A stretch of 64,000 bases of DNA, from contig CAVVEU010000040.1 of assembly GCA_963747235.1 (NCBI GenBank), forward strand, positions 320,001 through 384,000. Reading direction: 5' to 3'. This DNA comes from an uncultured Candidatus Rokubacteria bacterium (lineage in GTDB: Bacteria; Methylomirabilota; Methylomirabilia; Rokubacteriales; CSP1-6). Every line of letters starts with the position of its first letter. Position 1 is the stretch's first letter. The notes under the pieces were generated by a model. It did not search any database, was not told the origin of the DNA, and saw only the letters and a program-made list of their open reading frames with translations. The position numbers were made by a program, and so were the translations under genes. Positions 37,763-48,719 of this stretch are shown here, piece by piece.

Positions 37763-38836
37763 GTGGGATCTGTTCGCGTTGCGGTGGTCGGTGTCGGTAA
37801 CTGCGCATCCGCCCTCGTCCAGGGTGTCCACTACTACAAGGGTGCGCCCGACGACGGCTTCATCCCTGGTCTCATGCGTCCCCGGCTGGGCGGCTATCAC
37901 GTCGGGGATATCGAGTTCGTGGCCGCCTTCGACATCGACGCCAACAAGGTGGGCCTGGACCTGGGCGAGGCCATCGGGGTCAAGCCCAACAACACCGTCC
38001 GCTTCGCGGAGGTCCCCCGCCTGGGGGTGCCGGTGCAGCGGGGCATGACCCACGACGGGCTCGGGCACTACCTGTCCCAGATCATCACCAAGGCCCCCGG
38101 CAGCACCGCCGACATCAAGAGCATCCTGCGGGAGACCCGCACCGACGTGGTGGTCAACTTTCTGCCGGTGGGCAGCGAGATGGCCACCAAGTGGTACGTC
38201 GAGCAGGTGCTCGACGCGGGCTGCGGCTTCGTCAACTGCATCCCGGTGTTCATCGCCCGGGAGGAGTACTGGCGCCGCCGCTTCGAGGATCGCGGGCTGC
38301 CGGTGGTGGGCGACGACGTGAAGTCGCAGGTGGGCGCCACCATCATCCACCGCATCCTGACCAAGCTCTTCATGGACCGCGGGGTGCGGCTCGAGCGGAC
38401 CAGCCAGCTCAACGTGGGCGGCAACACCGACTTCTACAACATGCTGGAGCGCCAGCGGCTGCACTCCAAGAAGATCTCCAAGACGGACGCGGTCCGCTCC
38501 CAGCTCGCCCACGACATGGCCGACGACAACATCCACATCGGCCCGAGCGACTACGTGCCGTGGCTCGAGGACCGGAAGTGGGCGCACATCCGCCTGGAGG
38601 GCCGCAGCTTCGGGGACCAGCCCATCAACGTCGAGCTGAAGCTCGAGGTGTGGGACTCGCCCAACTCGGCGGGCGTGGTCATCGACGCGATCCGCTCCTG
38701 CAAGATCGCGATGGACCGCGGGATCAAGGGCGCCCTGCTCGCGCCCTCCGCCTACCTGATGAAGTCTCCGCCCGAGCAGTGGTCGGACGAGGTGGCGCAC
38801 ACGCGCCTGGAAACGTTCATCAACGGCGCCGAGTAA
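37763..38836 (+). CDS. ino1: Inositol-3-phosphate synthase
   Basis: [55 protein letters not shown]. Confidence 0.95.
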   Translation: MGSVRVAVVGVGNCASALVQGVHYYKGAPDDGFIPGLMRPRLGGYHVGDIEFVAAFDIDANKVGLDLGEAIGVKPNNTVRFAEVPRLGVPVQRGMTHDGLGHYLSQIITKAPGSTADIKSILRETRTDVVVNFLPVGSEMATKWYVEQVLDAGCGFVNCIPVFIAREEYWRRRFEDRGLPVVGDDVKSQVGATIIHRILTKLFMDRGVRLERTSQLNVGGNTDFYNMLERQRLHSKKISKTDAVRSQLAHDMADDNIHIGPSDYVPWLEDRKWAHIRLEGRSFGDQPINVELKLEVWDSPNSAGVVIDAIRSCKIAMDRGIKGALLAPSAYLMKSPPEQWSDEVAHTRLETFINGAE

Positions 38837-38860
38837 CCGCGCCGTCGTCGGTTCCGCTTC

Positions 38861-41606
38861 ATGATCGCGATTTCCCGGACCGGCCGCGTTCTCCGCCGGC
38901 TGGTTCGGCTGTCCTGCCGCCGGCCCGCCGTCACGGTGGCGATCTCCCTCCTGCTCGCCGCCGCCGCGATCGCCTACACCACCCACGCGCTGACCTTCAA
39001 GACCTCCACCCGCGCCCTGCTGCCCCAGGACGCGGGCTACGTGGTGCGCTACGCGGAGTACGCCAAGGAGTTCGGCGAGCTCGAGGACATCGTGGTGGTG
39101 GTGGAGGCCGGCTCCTTCGAGGGCGCGCGCGCCTACGCGGCGCGCCTCACCGAGGAGCTCCGGCAGGCGCCGGTCAAGTTCCAGCGGGTCGCCTACCGGA
39201 TCGACCCCAAGCGGTTCGAGGGCCGCCAGCTCCTCTACCTGACGACCCCCGAGCTGCGCGAGATCCGCGACAAGATCTTCGACCACCAGGAGTTCATGGA
39301 GAGCTTCGCGGGCGACCCGAGCCTGGCCCGCCTGCTCGAGGGCGTGAACACCCAGATGGCGGCCGCCTTCGTCTCCAACCTCTTCGACATCGGGCTCCAG
39401 GACAAGGACCTGCCGGTGGACACGCGCTTCCTGCGCGTGCTCCTGGACCAGATGGCGAGCCGCCTGGAGCGGCCCGCGCCCTACCGCTCGCCCTGGGGCA
39501 CGCTCTTCTCCTTCGGCGAGGACCCGCCCGACGACGCCGGCTACTTCCTCTCCGAGGACAAGAGCCTGCTCTTCATCCTGGTGGAGACCCCGCCCAGCGA
39601 GAAGGGCAGCTTCATGGGCGACCAGGCCGCCATCGAGACGATTCGCGAGGCGGTCGCCAAGCTGCGGCCCGCCTTCCCGAACGTGCAGGCCGGCGTGACC
39701 GGCGCGCCCGCGCTGTCCAACGACGAGATGACGGCGGCCTTCCACGACAGCAGCATCTCGGACGTGCTGGCCTTCGCCCTCACGCTGCTGGTCATGACCC
39801 TGGCCTTCATGCGGGTGGGCAAGCCGGTGCTCATGCTGGGCGTGCTCGCGGTGACGCTGGCCTGGTCCATGGGCGTGGTCACCCTCACGGTGGGACACCT
39901 CACCCTCTTCTCGGTGATGTTCATCTCCATCGTGGTCGGCATCGGCATCGACTACGGCATCTACTATCTCTTCCGCTACGAGGAGGAGATCTTCCTGGGC
40001 CGGAACCTCCGCGAAGCCCTCGAGCACACCGCGGCGCGCACCGGCCCCGGCATGCTGGCGGGCGCGCTGACCGCGGCCGGGACGTTCTTCGTGCTGATGC
40101 TCACCGATTTCCGGGGCATCCAGGAGCTGGGCTTCATCGCGGGCATCGCGATCCTGATCGCCTGGGTCGGGATGATGACGCTCTTCCCCGCGATCCTGGT
40201 GTTCGTGGACAGCCACCACGCGGACCGCCCGCGGGGGCAGCGGCCCCGCGCGCACCAGCTCGAGCGCATCCGCGTGCCGCTCCTGGACCGCCTGGTCACC
40301 TACCCCCGCACCGTCCTGATCGGCGGCGGGCCTCCTCACCGCGTTCTCGATCTGGGCGGTGCCCCGCGTGGGCTTCGACTACAACGTGCTCAACCTGCAG
40401 GCCAAGGGCACCGAGTCGGTGGCGTGGGAGCGCCGCATCCTCGCGAGCACCGGCCGCTCCGGCTTCAACGCCTTGTCCTCCGCCTCGTCTCTCGAAGAGC
40501 TGCGCGCCAAGCAGGCCGCCTTCGAGAAGCTGCCGTCGGTCTCCGACACCGATTCGGTCCTGCGCGTGATCCCGGACGATCAGGCCGAGAAGATCGCCCT
40601 GATCAAGAGCTTCGGCCCCCTGGTGGCCCCGATCCGCGTCGGCCGCTCGAGCCCGGTGGATCTCGACCGCCTCAAGCAGGCGCTCGCCGACATCAAGCGG
40701 CGCTTCGACGTGGTCGCGGTCGAGGCGGGGGCCAAGCTGCCCGCCGAGATCCGGGTGGTCCGCGACAAGACCATCGCGGTGCAGCGCCTGCTCGCGCGCA
40801 GCAACCGCGACTCGGCGGAGGCGGCGCTGAACTACCTGCAGGCCCAGCTCTACCGGGACTTCGTGAACAAGTTCTACAGCCTCCAGCGCAACCTCAAGCC
40901 CACCTCCGTGACCATCAAGGACGTGCCGGAAGAGCTCCAGCGCAAGTTCATCGGCGAGAACGGCCGCTTCCTCATCCAGATCCATCCCAAGGTGGACATC
41001 TGGGAGAAGGCGGGCGCGGCCCAGTTCGTGCGGGACCTGCGCACGGTGGATCCCGACGTCACCGGCCCGCCCATCATCACCTACGAGGCCACGGTGCTGA
41101 TGGAGCGCGCCTACCTCACCGGGAGCCTCTACGCCTTCGTCCTCGTCGGCGGCCTCAGCATTCTCATGATCCGGCGCATGCGCGAGAGCCTGCTCGGGCT
41201 CGTGCCGATGGTGCTGGGCGTCCTCTGGACCGTGGGCCTGATGCAGGTCTTCGGCATCAAGTTCAACCTGGCCAATATCTGGGGCCTGCCGCTCATCATC
41301 GGCACCGCGGCCGAGTTCGGCCTCAACGTGATCCTGAGCCACCTGGAGGGCCGCGCCCACGGCGGCCCGCTCGTCGCCCGCAGCGCGGTGCTGGGCGTCG
41401 CGCTGAACGGCATCACCACCATGGTGGGCTTCGGCAGCCTCATGATCGCCACCCACCAGGGCATCTTCAGCCTGGGCCTGCTGCTGACCCTGGGCTCGGC
41501 CTGCGGGCTCGTGGCCGCGCTGATCGTCCTGCCGGTGGTGCTCAAGCTGCTGATGAAGCCGGTGGAGCAGCAGGCCGCGCCGATCGAGAAGCCGTCGGCC
41601 GCGTAA
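38861..41606 (+). CDS. hpnN: MMPL/RND transporter HpnN (frameshift near 40325)
   Basis: AGVTGAPAL, GIGIDYGIY, FRGIQELG, second repeat VTGPPI, NLANIW, TTMVGFGSL; located in hpn cluster. Confidence 0.82.
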
Positions 41607-41692
41607 CGCGACCCGCCGGCAGCCCTTCGGCGGTCGCCGGGCGCGATCCGAACAAAGTTGGATCTCATGCGTGGTCGACCTTCCTATCCGCG

Positions 41693-41728
41693 CCCCCTCA
41701 CCCTGCCCTCTCCCCAGAGGGGAGAGGG
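41693..41728. repeat. REP-like palindrome between convergent genes
   Basis: CCCCCTCACCCTG-CCCTCTCCCC-aga-GGGGAGAGGG, 10-bp perfect stem. Confidence 0.6.
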
Positions 41729-41734
41729 AGGTGA

Positions 41735-43443
41735 CTACAGCGCGTCGGGGCCGGTGGCGATGCGGTCGAGGTCGGCGCGCGTGTAGGAGCCGAGGCTGCG
41801 GTAGTCGAGGTCCACGTAGTTCTTGATCCAGCGCTGGGCGATCTTCACCGCCTTGCGGTAGCGCTCCTCGGTCTGGGCGTCGCGGGTCTTCATCAGGCGC
41901 AGGATGTCGTCGCACTCCTCCTGGAGGAGGCGCTTCACCAGCGCCGCGTCGTGGGTCGCCGCGGGGCCTTGAGTGGTCTTCACCGCGATGCCGGATGCGC
42001 TGCGCGATCTGGGCGACCGACATGCGCCCGGTGGCCAGGTCCTCCATCAGGGCCGGGTGCACGCCGGGCTTGCCCGCGAGGCTGTCGATGCCCTTGGCGC
42101 CGCGGCCCTGCAGCCAGCCCTCGACGTACTCGATCGACCATGCGGGCGTTGCGGCGCGTGCCCTCGAGCGTGATCGGGCCCGCCGGCACCTCGATGCGCA
42201 CCGGGTAGCTCTCGGGCTTCAGCCATCTCGGGCCTGGGCTTCCAGGTGCCGCTGCCGTGCACCCGCTTGAAGGGCTCGGCCGCGGTCTTCATGTGGAAGA
42301 TGTGGGCCACCCAGGCGCGGATGAAGCCCTGCTCGGCCTCCCACACCTTGTCGGCCTTGATGGACTCCGCGGCCACCCGGTTCACCTCCGGGTCGGGGTT
42401 GGGCAGGGCGGTGGCCATGCCGCCGATGGGGACGGCGCCGTGCTTGAGGCAGACCGCGACCAGCCGGCGGAAGATGTTCGAGAGGAACGGCGTGGTCTTG
42501 ATGTCCACCCCGAAGCGGTCCGGCCACACCGAGTTGGGATCGGCCATCACGAACTCGAAGATGCTCGCCTTGAGGTCCCAGCGGGCCGCGTTGAGCCCGG
42601 CCGCGTACGGGCCCGAGCGCGTGGAGCATCTCCTCCATCTCGTAGACCGCGGGCAGCGCCTCGACGAGGGGGATCGCGCGGATCGTCGCGTCCTTCAGAA
42701 ACGGCAGGAGCGCGCGGCTCCGGTCGAAGACGTCGCGGTACCAGGCGCACTCCTCGGCCCCGTCCACCTTGGGCAGGTAGAAGTAGATGCCCTGCCCGCG
42801 GCTGGCCTGGGCGCGGCCCGGGTAGTAGAGCGTCAGCGCGGTGCCGAGGATCGCGGCGGAGACCGGCCGGCCGTCCACCGTGACCTCGGGCTCGTCGAGA
42901 TGCAGGCCGCGCTCGCGGTGCATGAAGAACGGCAGCTCGCCGGGCGCGATGCGGTACTCCCGGTTCCGCTCGCGGTCCACGTACTGCAGCTCGTGGTTCA
43001 CCGCGGCGAGCCGGTTGTGGCAGGCGCGCACCGTGTCGATCAGGCGATGCCCGGCCGAGTCCTCGTCGTCGTCGAGGTCGCCCTCGGCGCGCTCGCCCTC
43101 CGGCCCCGGGTTGAGCGCGTTGATGAACATGCTGGTGATCGAGCACGGGCCCGAGATCTCGATGCCGGGGGTGGCCAGGTCCTTCGGCACCGGCGGCACC
43201 TTCCAGTCGGACGTGGTGGCCGCGCTCGGCGGGCAGCGGCTCGGGCAGCCGGCCCTGCTTGAGCGCGCGCACGAGGCGCTCGTCCCGCTTGGCCCGCAGC
43301 GCGTGCGCGCGCGGGGTGAACTCGTCGCACAGGCGGACGAGGTAGTCGCGGAACTCGGGGGTGAAGAGGGCGGCGGCGCCCTCCACCGGGGCGACCTGCA
43401 CCCGGTCGGCCGCGTTGCGAGAGGCTCCTGGATTCGCCGGCAT
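41735..43443 (-). CDS. Divergent malate synthase (several frameshifts)
   Basis: IEISGP..MFINALN, DDEDS, RGLHLDE, YFYLPK, GLNAARWD, GGMATALP, AWVAH, LMEDLAT across frames. Confidence 0.78.
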
Positions 43444-43463
43444 TGGCGTGGCTCCGTTCGGTA

Positions 43464-44240
43464 TCAGGATTCGGCCTGGACGCGGGCCTGGAGGTCGCGC
43501 GCGCGGCCGCGGCCTCGCAGGAGCGCGCGGATCCCGAAGTAGGCGAAGGCGTCCTTGAGGTTGGAGTACAGCCGCTGGAGCGCGCCCCATCTCCTGGCTG
43601 GTCACGTACTCCATCGTGTACACGACGCGGCGCTCGCCCTCCCCGAGACGGGCTCACCCCGTGGTAGACCTTGTCGCCGTTGAAGATGACCAGCGAGCCG
43701 GGCTCGGTGGCCACCGCGAGCTCGAGCGGGGCGCGGCCGGCGGTTCGCGTGTGCAGCCGGCACTGGAGCCGGCTCGCGGAGTCCTGCACGAGCCCGACGA
43801 GCACGGTGTAGCGCGCGCCCCGGTAGTAGGACGTGTCGTAGTGATAGCCCATGTGATCGCCGGGCTCGGTGTAGAAGTAGAGCGCGCAGGCGTGGGGATC
43901 CTCGTCCGGGCAGAGCTTGAGGTCGGCCCGCACCAGCCCGCCGAGGAACCGGCGGAACCGCTCGGAGCGGTAGAAGGCGAGCAGCGCCGGCCCCTCGTCG
44001 GCGATCGCGTAGTGGCTGACGCTGCCGCCCTTCTTGTGGCGCGGGATGTAGTTGCGGTTGAGCCCGGGCTCGAGGCGGCGCACGTCGTCGAGGAGCGCGC
44101 CGACCGCGACCGGCGGCAGGAACCGCGGGATGAACAGGAACTCGTCCTGCGCCCAGTACTCGCGCTCGAGCGCGGGCACGTCGAGGCGGTCGAGCGCCGC
44201 GTCGATCTCGGCCGCGAACGCGCGCGTCGCGGGCGATCAT
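43464..44240 (-). CDS. 2OG-Fe(II) oxygenase family protein (frameshifts)
   Basis: GDHMGYHYD (HxD), GSLVIFNGDKVYHGVSP (distal His), downstream RRVV; ATG overlaps upstream stop. Confidence 0.75.
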
Positions 44241-46293
44241 CCGAGGCGCTCCACCTGCACCAGGTTGGAGTGCAGCGCCGGCCCGCCGCCCATGTCCGCG
44301 GTGCGGTCGTCGGTGAGCGCGTTGACCCCGCGCCCGCCCGGCTGGTGCTTGTTCCACCAGATCCCCTCCACCACCGCCACCCCCTCGCGCGTGTCGTCGG
44401 TCAGCTCGGCGGTGAACCGCGCCTCGCCGCGTGCGCTCCGCACCAGCACCGCGTCGCCGGTCTGGATGCCGCGGGCCGCGCCGTCGGCCGGATGCAGCAG
44501 CACCGCGGGCCCGCGCTGGCGCCGGCGCATGAGCTCGGACTGGCTGAACGAGGAGTTCAGGAAGAAGCGGTTGGGCGGCACGATGCACTGCAGCGGATAG
44601 CGCCGCGTGAGCTCGGCGTGCTCCGGCCCCTCCACCAGCGGCGTGTAGGTGGGCAGCGCGGGCAGGCCCGCCCGGGCCAGCGTCTCCGAGAGGAACTCGA
44701 CCTTGCCGGACGGCGTGGGCGCCCCGTTGGCGAAGGGCAGGTACGGCCGGCCGATGCGGAGTCGCACCGAGTGCTCCGCCTCGAGCCGCTCCAGCGTGAT
44801 GCCCTCGATCGAGGGATCGCCCGAGGCGAGCGCCTCGCGGATGAGATCGTCCTCGCTCTTGCTGAAGTGCGGGTCGCGCAGCCCCATCGCCGGCGCGAGC
44901 AGCCGGGTCACGGCCCAGTTCGAGCGCGCCTCCCCCTCCGGCGCGATGACCGGGCGGGCGAGCTGCACGTAGAAGTGGCCGTAGGACTTGTAGCAGTCGG
45001 TGTGCTCCATGGACGTGGTGGCCGGGAGCACCAGGTCGGCGTAGTCGGTGGTGTCGGTGAGGTGCTGCTCGTGCACCACCGTGAAGAGGTCCTCACGCGC
45101 GAGGCCCCTGGAGCACCAGCTCCTGGTTGGGCACGATCGAGGCCGGGTTGGCGTTGTAGACGTAGAGCGCCTTGACCGGCGGCGTCAGGTCCGGATCGGT
45201 GAGCGCGCGCCCGAGCTGGATCATGTTGATCACCCGCGGCGCCGGCTGCGGGGATCAGGTCCGGCCGCTCGACCACCGCGTTCGAGAGGCCGAACGCGCC
45301 GCTGGACGCCAGCAGGGCGCCGCCCGCGGGATGCGCGTAGGCCCCGGTCAGCGCGGGCAGGCACGCGATGGTCCGGCACGTCATGCCGCCGTTGTCGTGG
45401 CGGGAGAGCCCGATCCCGACGCGGATGAACGCGGCGCGCGTGGCCCCGTAGCGGTGGGCGAAGGCCACGATGTCCGAGACGGTGAGCCCGGTGATCGCGG
45501 CCACGCGCTCGGGATCGTACTGCTTGACGTGCTGGGCCAGCGCCGTGAAGCCGAGCGTGGCGCGCTGGATGTAGTCCTGGTCCACGCGCCCCTCGCCGAT
45601 GAGCACGTGCATGACGCCCAGGGCCAGGGCCCCGTCCGTTCCCGGCCGCGGCATGAGATGCCAGTCGGCCTGGCGCGCGGTCGGGGTCCGGTAGGGATCC
45701 ACGCAGACCACGAAGGCGCCGCGCCGGCGCGCCTGCTTCACCAGCGTCATCGCGTTGATGTGGGTGTGGGAGGCGTTGATGCCCCAGAGCACGATCAGGT
45801 CCGACTCCGCCATCTGCTCGGAGTCGTTGCCGGTCACGGTGCCGAGCGTGCCCTGCCAGCCCGCATAGGCGGTGCTGACGCAGATGGTGCGGTCGAGCCG
45901 CGACGCGCCGAGCGCGTAGAAGAGCGCATGGCCCGCCCGGTTCTGCACGAGGCCGAGCGTGCCGCCGTAGGAGAACGGCAGGATGGCCTCGGCGCCCCAC
46001 TGGGCGATCACGCGCCGCCAGCGGTGGGCGATCTCGTCCACCGCCTCGTCCCAGCCGATCGGCTCGAAGCGTCCCTCGCCCTTGGGCCCGACGCGTCGAA
46101 GGGGCGTCAGCACCCGTGTCGGGCCGTAGACGCGCTCGGCGTAGTCGTGGACCTTGCCGCAGATCACGCCCCGTGTGAAGGGATGCCGGGCATCGCCGAC
46201 GACGTCGGTGATGCGCCCCGCCTCCACCGTGACCTGGAGCGCGCACTGCGACGGGCAGTCGTGCGGACAGACGGACGGCAACGTGGCTCGCAT
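44237..46293 (-). CDS. Molybdopterin oxidoreductase, cytoplasmic single-subunit type (frameshifts near 45110 and 45250)
   Basis: CPHDCPSQC..GVICGK, LDRTIC, WGIN, TDTTDYADLVLPA, FLNSSF, GVNALT. Confidence 0.85.
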
Positions 46294-46317
46294 CGAGACG
46301 CTAGATTATCATGGGCC

Positions 46318-47577
46318 ATGCGCGAGCACCCCTTCCAGAGCCTCGAGGCCCGCCGGCTCGCGCTGCTCTTCGCGATCGTCTACTTCGCCCAGGGCATGAT
46401 CTACCTGCCCGACCAGGTCGTCTCGATCGTGTTCAAGGAGCGCGGCCTCACCGCCGGCCAGCTCGCCGCGTTCACCTGGATCACCACGATCCCGTGGTTC
46501 ATCAAGCCGGTCTACGGCCTGCTGTCGGACTTCGTGCCGCTGTTCGGCACCCGGCGGCGGAGCTACTTCCTGATCATGTCCGCGATGGCCGCGCTGGCCG
46601 CGGTCGCCCTGAGCCTGATGCCCGGCGCGTCCTACGCCCAGCTCGCCGCCATGATCACCCTGCTCTGGCTGGGGGTGGGCTTCACCGACGTCCTGACCGA
46701 CGCGCTCATGGTGGAGAACGGCAAGCGGGTGGGGCTGACCGGCGCGTTCCAGTCCGTGCAGTGGGGCGCGCTGAGCGCGGCCTCGATCCTGGTCGGGGTG
46801 GGCGGCGGCTACCTCGCCGAGCGCCGCGCCTTCGCGGCCGCATTCGCGCTGGTGGCCTGCTTCCCCGTCGTCTCGTTCCTGATGGCCCTCCTCGTGGTGC
46901 GGGAGCCACCCGCGCGCCCGACCCTCGAGGGCTTCGGCGAGACCTGGAGCGCGGTCCGCGCGGCGCTCACGCGGCGCGACCTGTGGGCGGTGGCGGGCTT
47001 CACGTTCTTCTGGGCGTTCAGCCCGTCGTTCGGGCCCGCGTTCTTCTACTACCAGACCGACGTCCTCGGCTTCTCGCAGACGTTCATCGGCGTGCTCTCG
47101 TCGCTGGGGGCCGCCGCGAGCATCGCGGGCGCCTGGGCCTACGCGCGCCTGTCGCGGGCCTACTCGCTGAAGCGCCTGATCGTCTGGTCGATCGGCGCCG
47201 GCGTGGTGGGCACGCTCGCCTATCTCGTCTACCGGGGCCCGGTGTCGGGGATCATCATCACGGTGGTCTTCGGCGCGATCGGCATGACCACCCAGCTCGC
47301 GTTCCTGGACCTGGCCGCCAAGGCCTGCCCGCGTCGCGCGGAGGCCACCTTCTTCGCGCTCCTGATGTCGGTCTACAACCTCGGGATGCGCAGCGCGGAG
47401 TGGACCGGCGCGAACCTGTACGACTGGGTGGGCTACGCGCCGCTGGTGCTGATCTCGACCGCGTTCACCGCGGCCGCGTGGCTCCTGGTGCCGCTCGTGC
47501 CCATCGACGCCATCCAGGCCGCGGCTCAGGAATCCACGCGCTCCTCCCGCTCCACCGCCTCCTTGGCCGACTCGTAG
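46318..47577 (+). CDS. MFS transporter, folate-biopterin (BT1) family-like
   Basis: YFAQG, PWFIKPVYGLLSDFVPLFGTRRRSY, DVLTDALMVE, CPRRAEATFFALLMS. Confidence 0.85.
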   Translation: MREHPFQSLEARRLALLFAIVYFAQGMIYLPDQVVSIVFKERGLTAGQLAAFTWITTIPWFIKPVYGLLSDFVPLFGTRRRSYFLIMSAMAALAAVALSLMPGASYAQLAAMITLLWLGVGFTDVLTDALMVENGKRVGLTGAFQSVQWGALSAASILVGVGGGYLAERRAFAAAFALVACFPVVSFLMALLVVREPPARPTLEGFGETWSAVRAALTRRDLWAVAGFTFFWAFSPSFGPAFFYYQTDVLGFSQTFIGVLSSLGAAASIAGAWAYARLSRAYSLKRLIVWSIGAGVVGTLAYLVYRGPVSGIIITVVFGAIGMTTQLAFLDLAAKACPRRAEATFFALLMSVYNLGMRSAEWTGANLYDWVGYAPLVLISTAFTAAAWLLVPLVPIDAIQAAAQESTRSSRSTASLADS

Positions 47578-47936
47578 GAGCGCCGCAGCCAGCGGATGGC
47601 GCGCCCGGTGTCGCGCGGGTCCTCCACGCGGCACTCGACCCAGCCCATCGCGCTCATGCGCCGGTGGGGCGAGCAGCCCGCCGCGAGCGCGCGCCGCTGG
47701 TCCTCGGGCGTGAGGCGGATCCAGAGATCGCTGTCCTTGGCGCGCAGCGGGAAGCAGGCGAACAGGCGGGGGCCGACGAAGTAGCCCCAGCGCCCGAACA
47801 TCGGGGTGATCCGCACCCGGGGCCACTTGCCGAGCGTCTGGTTCAGCTCGGCGGCCGGCCCGGTCCCGCCGCGCTCGAGCGTCCGGCGAGTCTTCCGCGC
47901 GGAGCCGAGGCCGCGGAACGGCCGGCGGGGATCCAC
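47526..47936 (-). CDS. TfoX N-terminal-domain-like small protein
   Basis: PMFGRWGYFVGPRLFA, MGWV, AIRWLRRSY. Confidence 0.55.
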   Translation of the reverse strand: MDPRRPFRGLGSARKTRRTLERGGTGPAAELNQTLGKWPRVRITPMFGRWGYFVGPRLFACFPLRAKDSDLWIRLTPEDQRRALAAGCSPHRRMSAMGWVECRVEDPRDTGRAIRWLRRSYESAKEAVEREERVDS

Positions 47937-47938
47937 CG

Positions 47939-48719
47939 CTAGCTCAGGGGATTCGTGGGGCCGAGCGCGGTGAGCCCGCCGTCCACGATCGTGGTGTAGC
48001 CGGTCACGGCCCCGTTGGCGAGCAGGAACACCACCGCCTCCGCGACCTCGTCCACCGTCGCGGGTCGGCCGATCGGCGTGAGGCTCCCGATCTGGTCGAG
48101 CAGGTCTCGCGTGATGAGGCCGCCGCCGAAGCCGGTGGCGAGCACGCCCGGGGCCACCGCGTTGACCCGGATGCGCGAGGGCGCCAGCGCGCGGGCCAGC
48201 GATTTCGTCAGCGCGTCGAGGCCGGCCTTGGACGCCGCGTAGGCCATGGACGAGCCGGTGCCGGTGAACGTCGCCACCGAGGTGATGTTGACGATGGCGC
48301 CCGCCGCCCCGCCGCTCCATGTGGGGCACCGCGGCGCGCACGCAGTAGAAGGCGCCGCGCAGGTTGGTGGCCAGGGCGCGGTCCCAGATCTCGTCGGTGA
48401 GGTCCTCGAATCGGCGGTGTGGCACGCGCTGCGTCCAGCCCGCGTTGTTCACCAGGCAGTCGAGGCCGCCCAGCTCGCGCGCGACCAGGTCGGCCATCGC
48501 CCGCACCTCGGCATCGCGCGTGATGTCGGCCTGGACCGGCAGGGCCCGGACGCCGGCCTCCTCGGCGAGCTTGGCCGTCTCGTCGGCCGCCGCCTTCGAC
48601 CTGGAGTAGTTGACCGCCACCGCGGCGCCTTCGCGGGCCAGCGCCAGCACCGTCGCGCGCCCGATGCCGGTGGCGCCCCCGGTGACCAGCGCGACCTTGC
48701 CGGCCAGCCTCGCGATCAG
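47939..48719 (-). CDS. SDR family oxidoreductase (frameshift near 48300; start uncertain)
   Basis: GKVALVTGGATGIG, LVNNAG, YAASK, IRVNAVAPG, VDGG. Confidence 0.88.

Noticed and set aside
47526-48650. SDR-TfoX fusion
   Set aside because: Frameshift near 48300; the SDR C-terminus ends at 47939.
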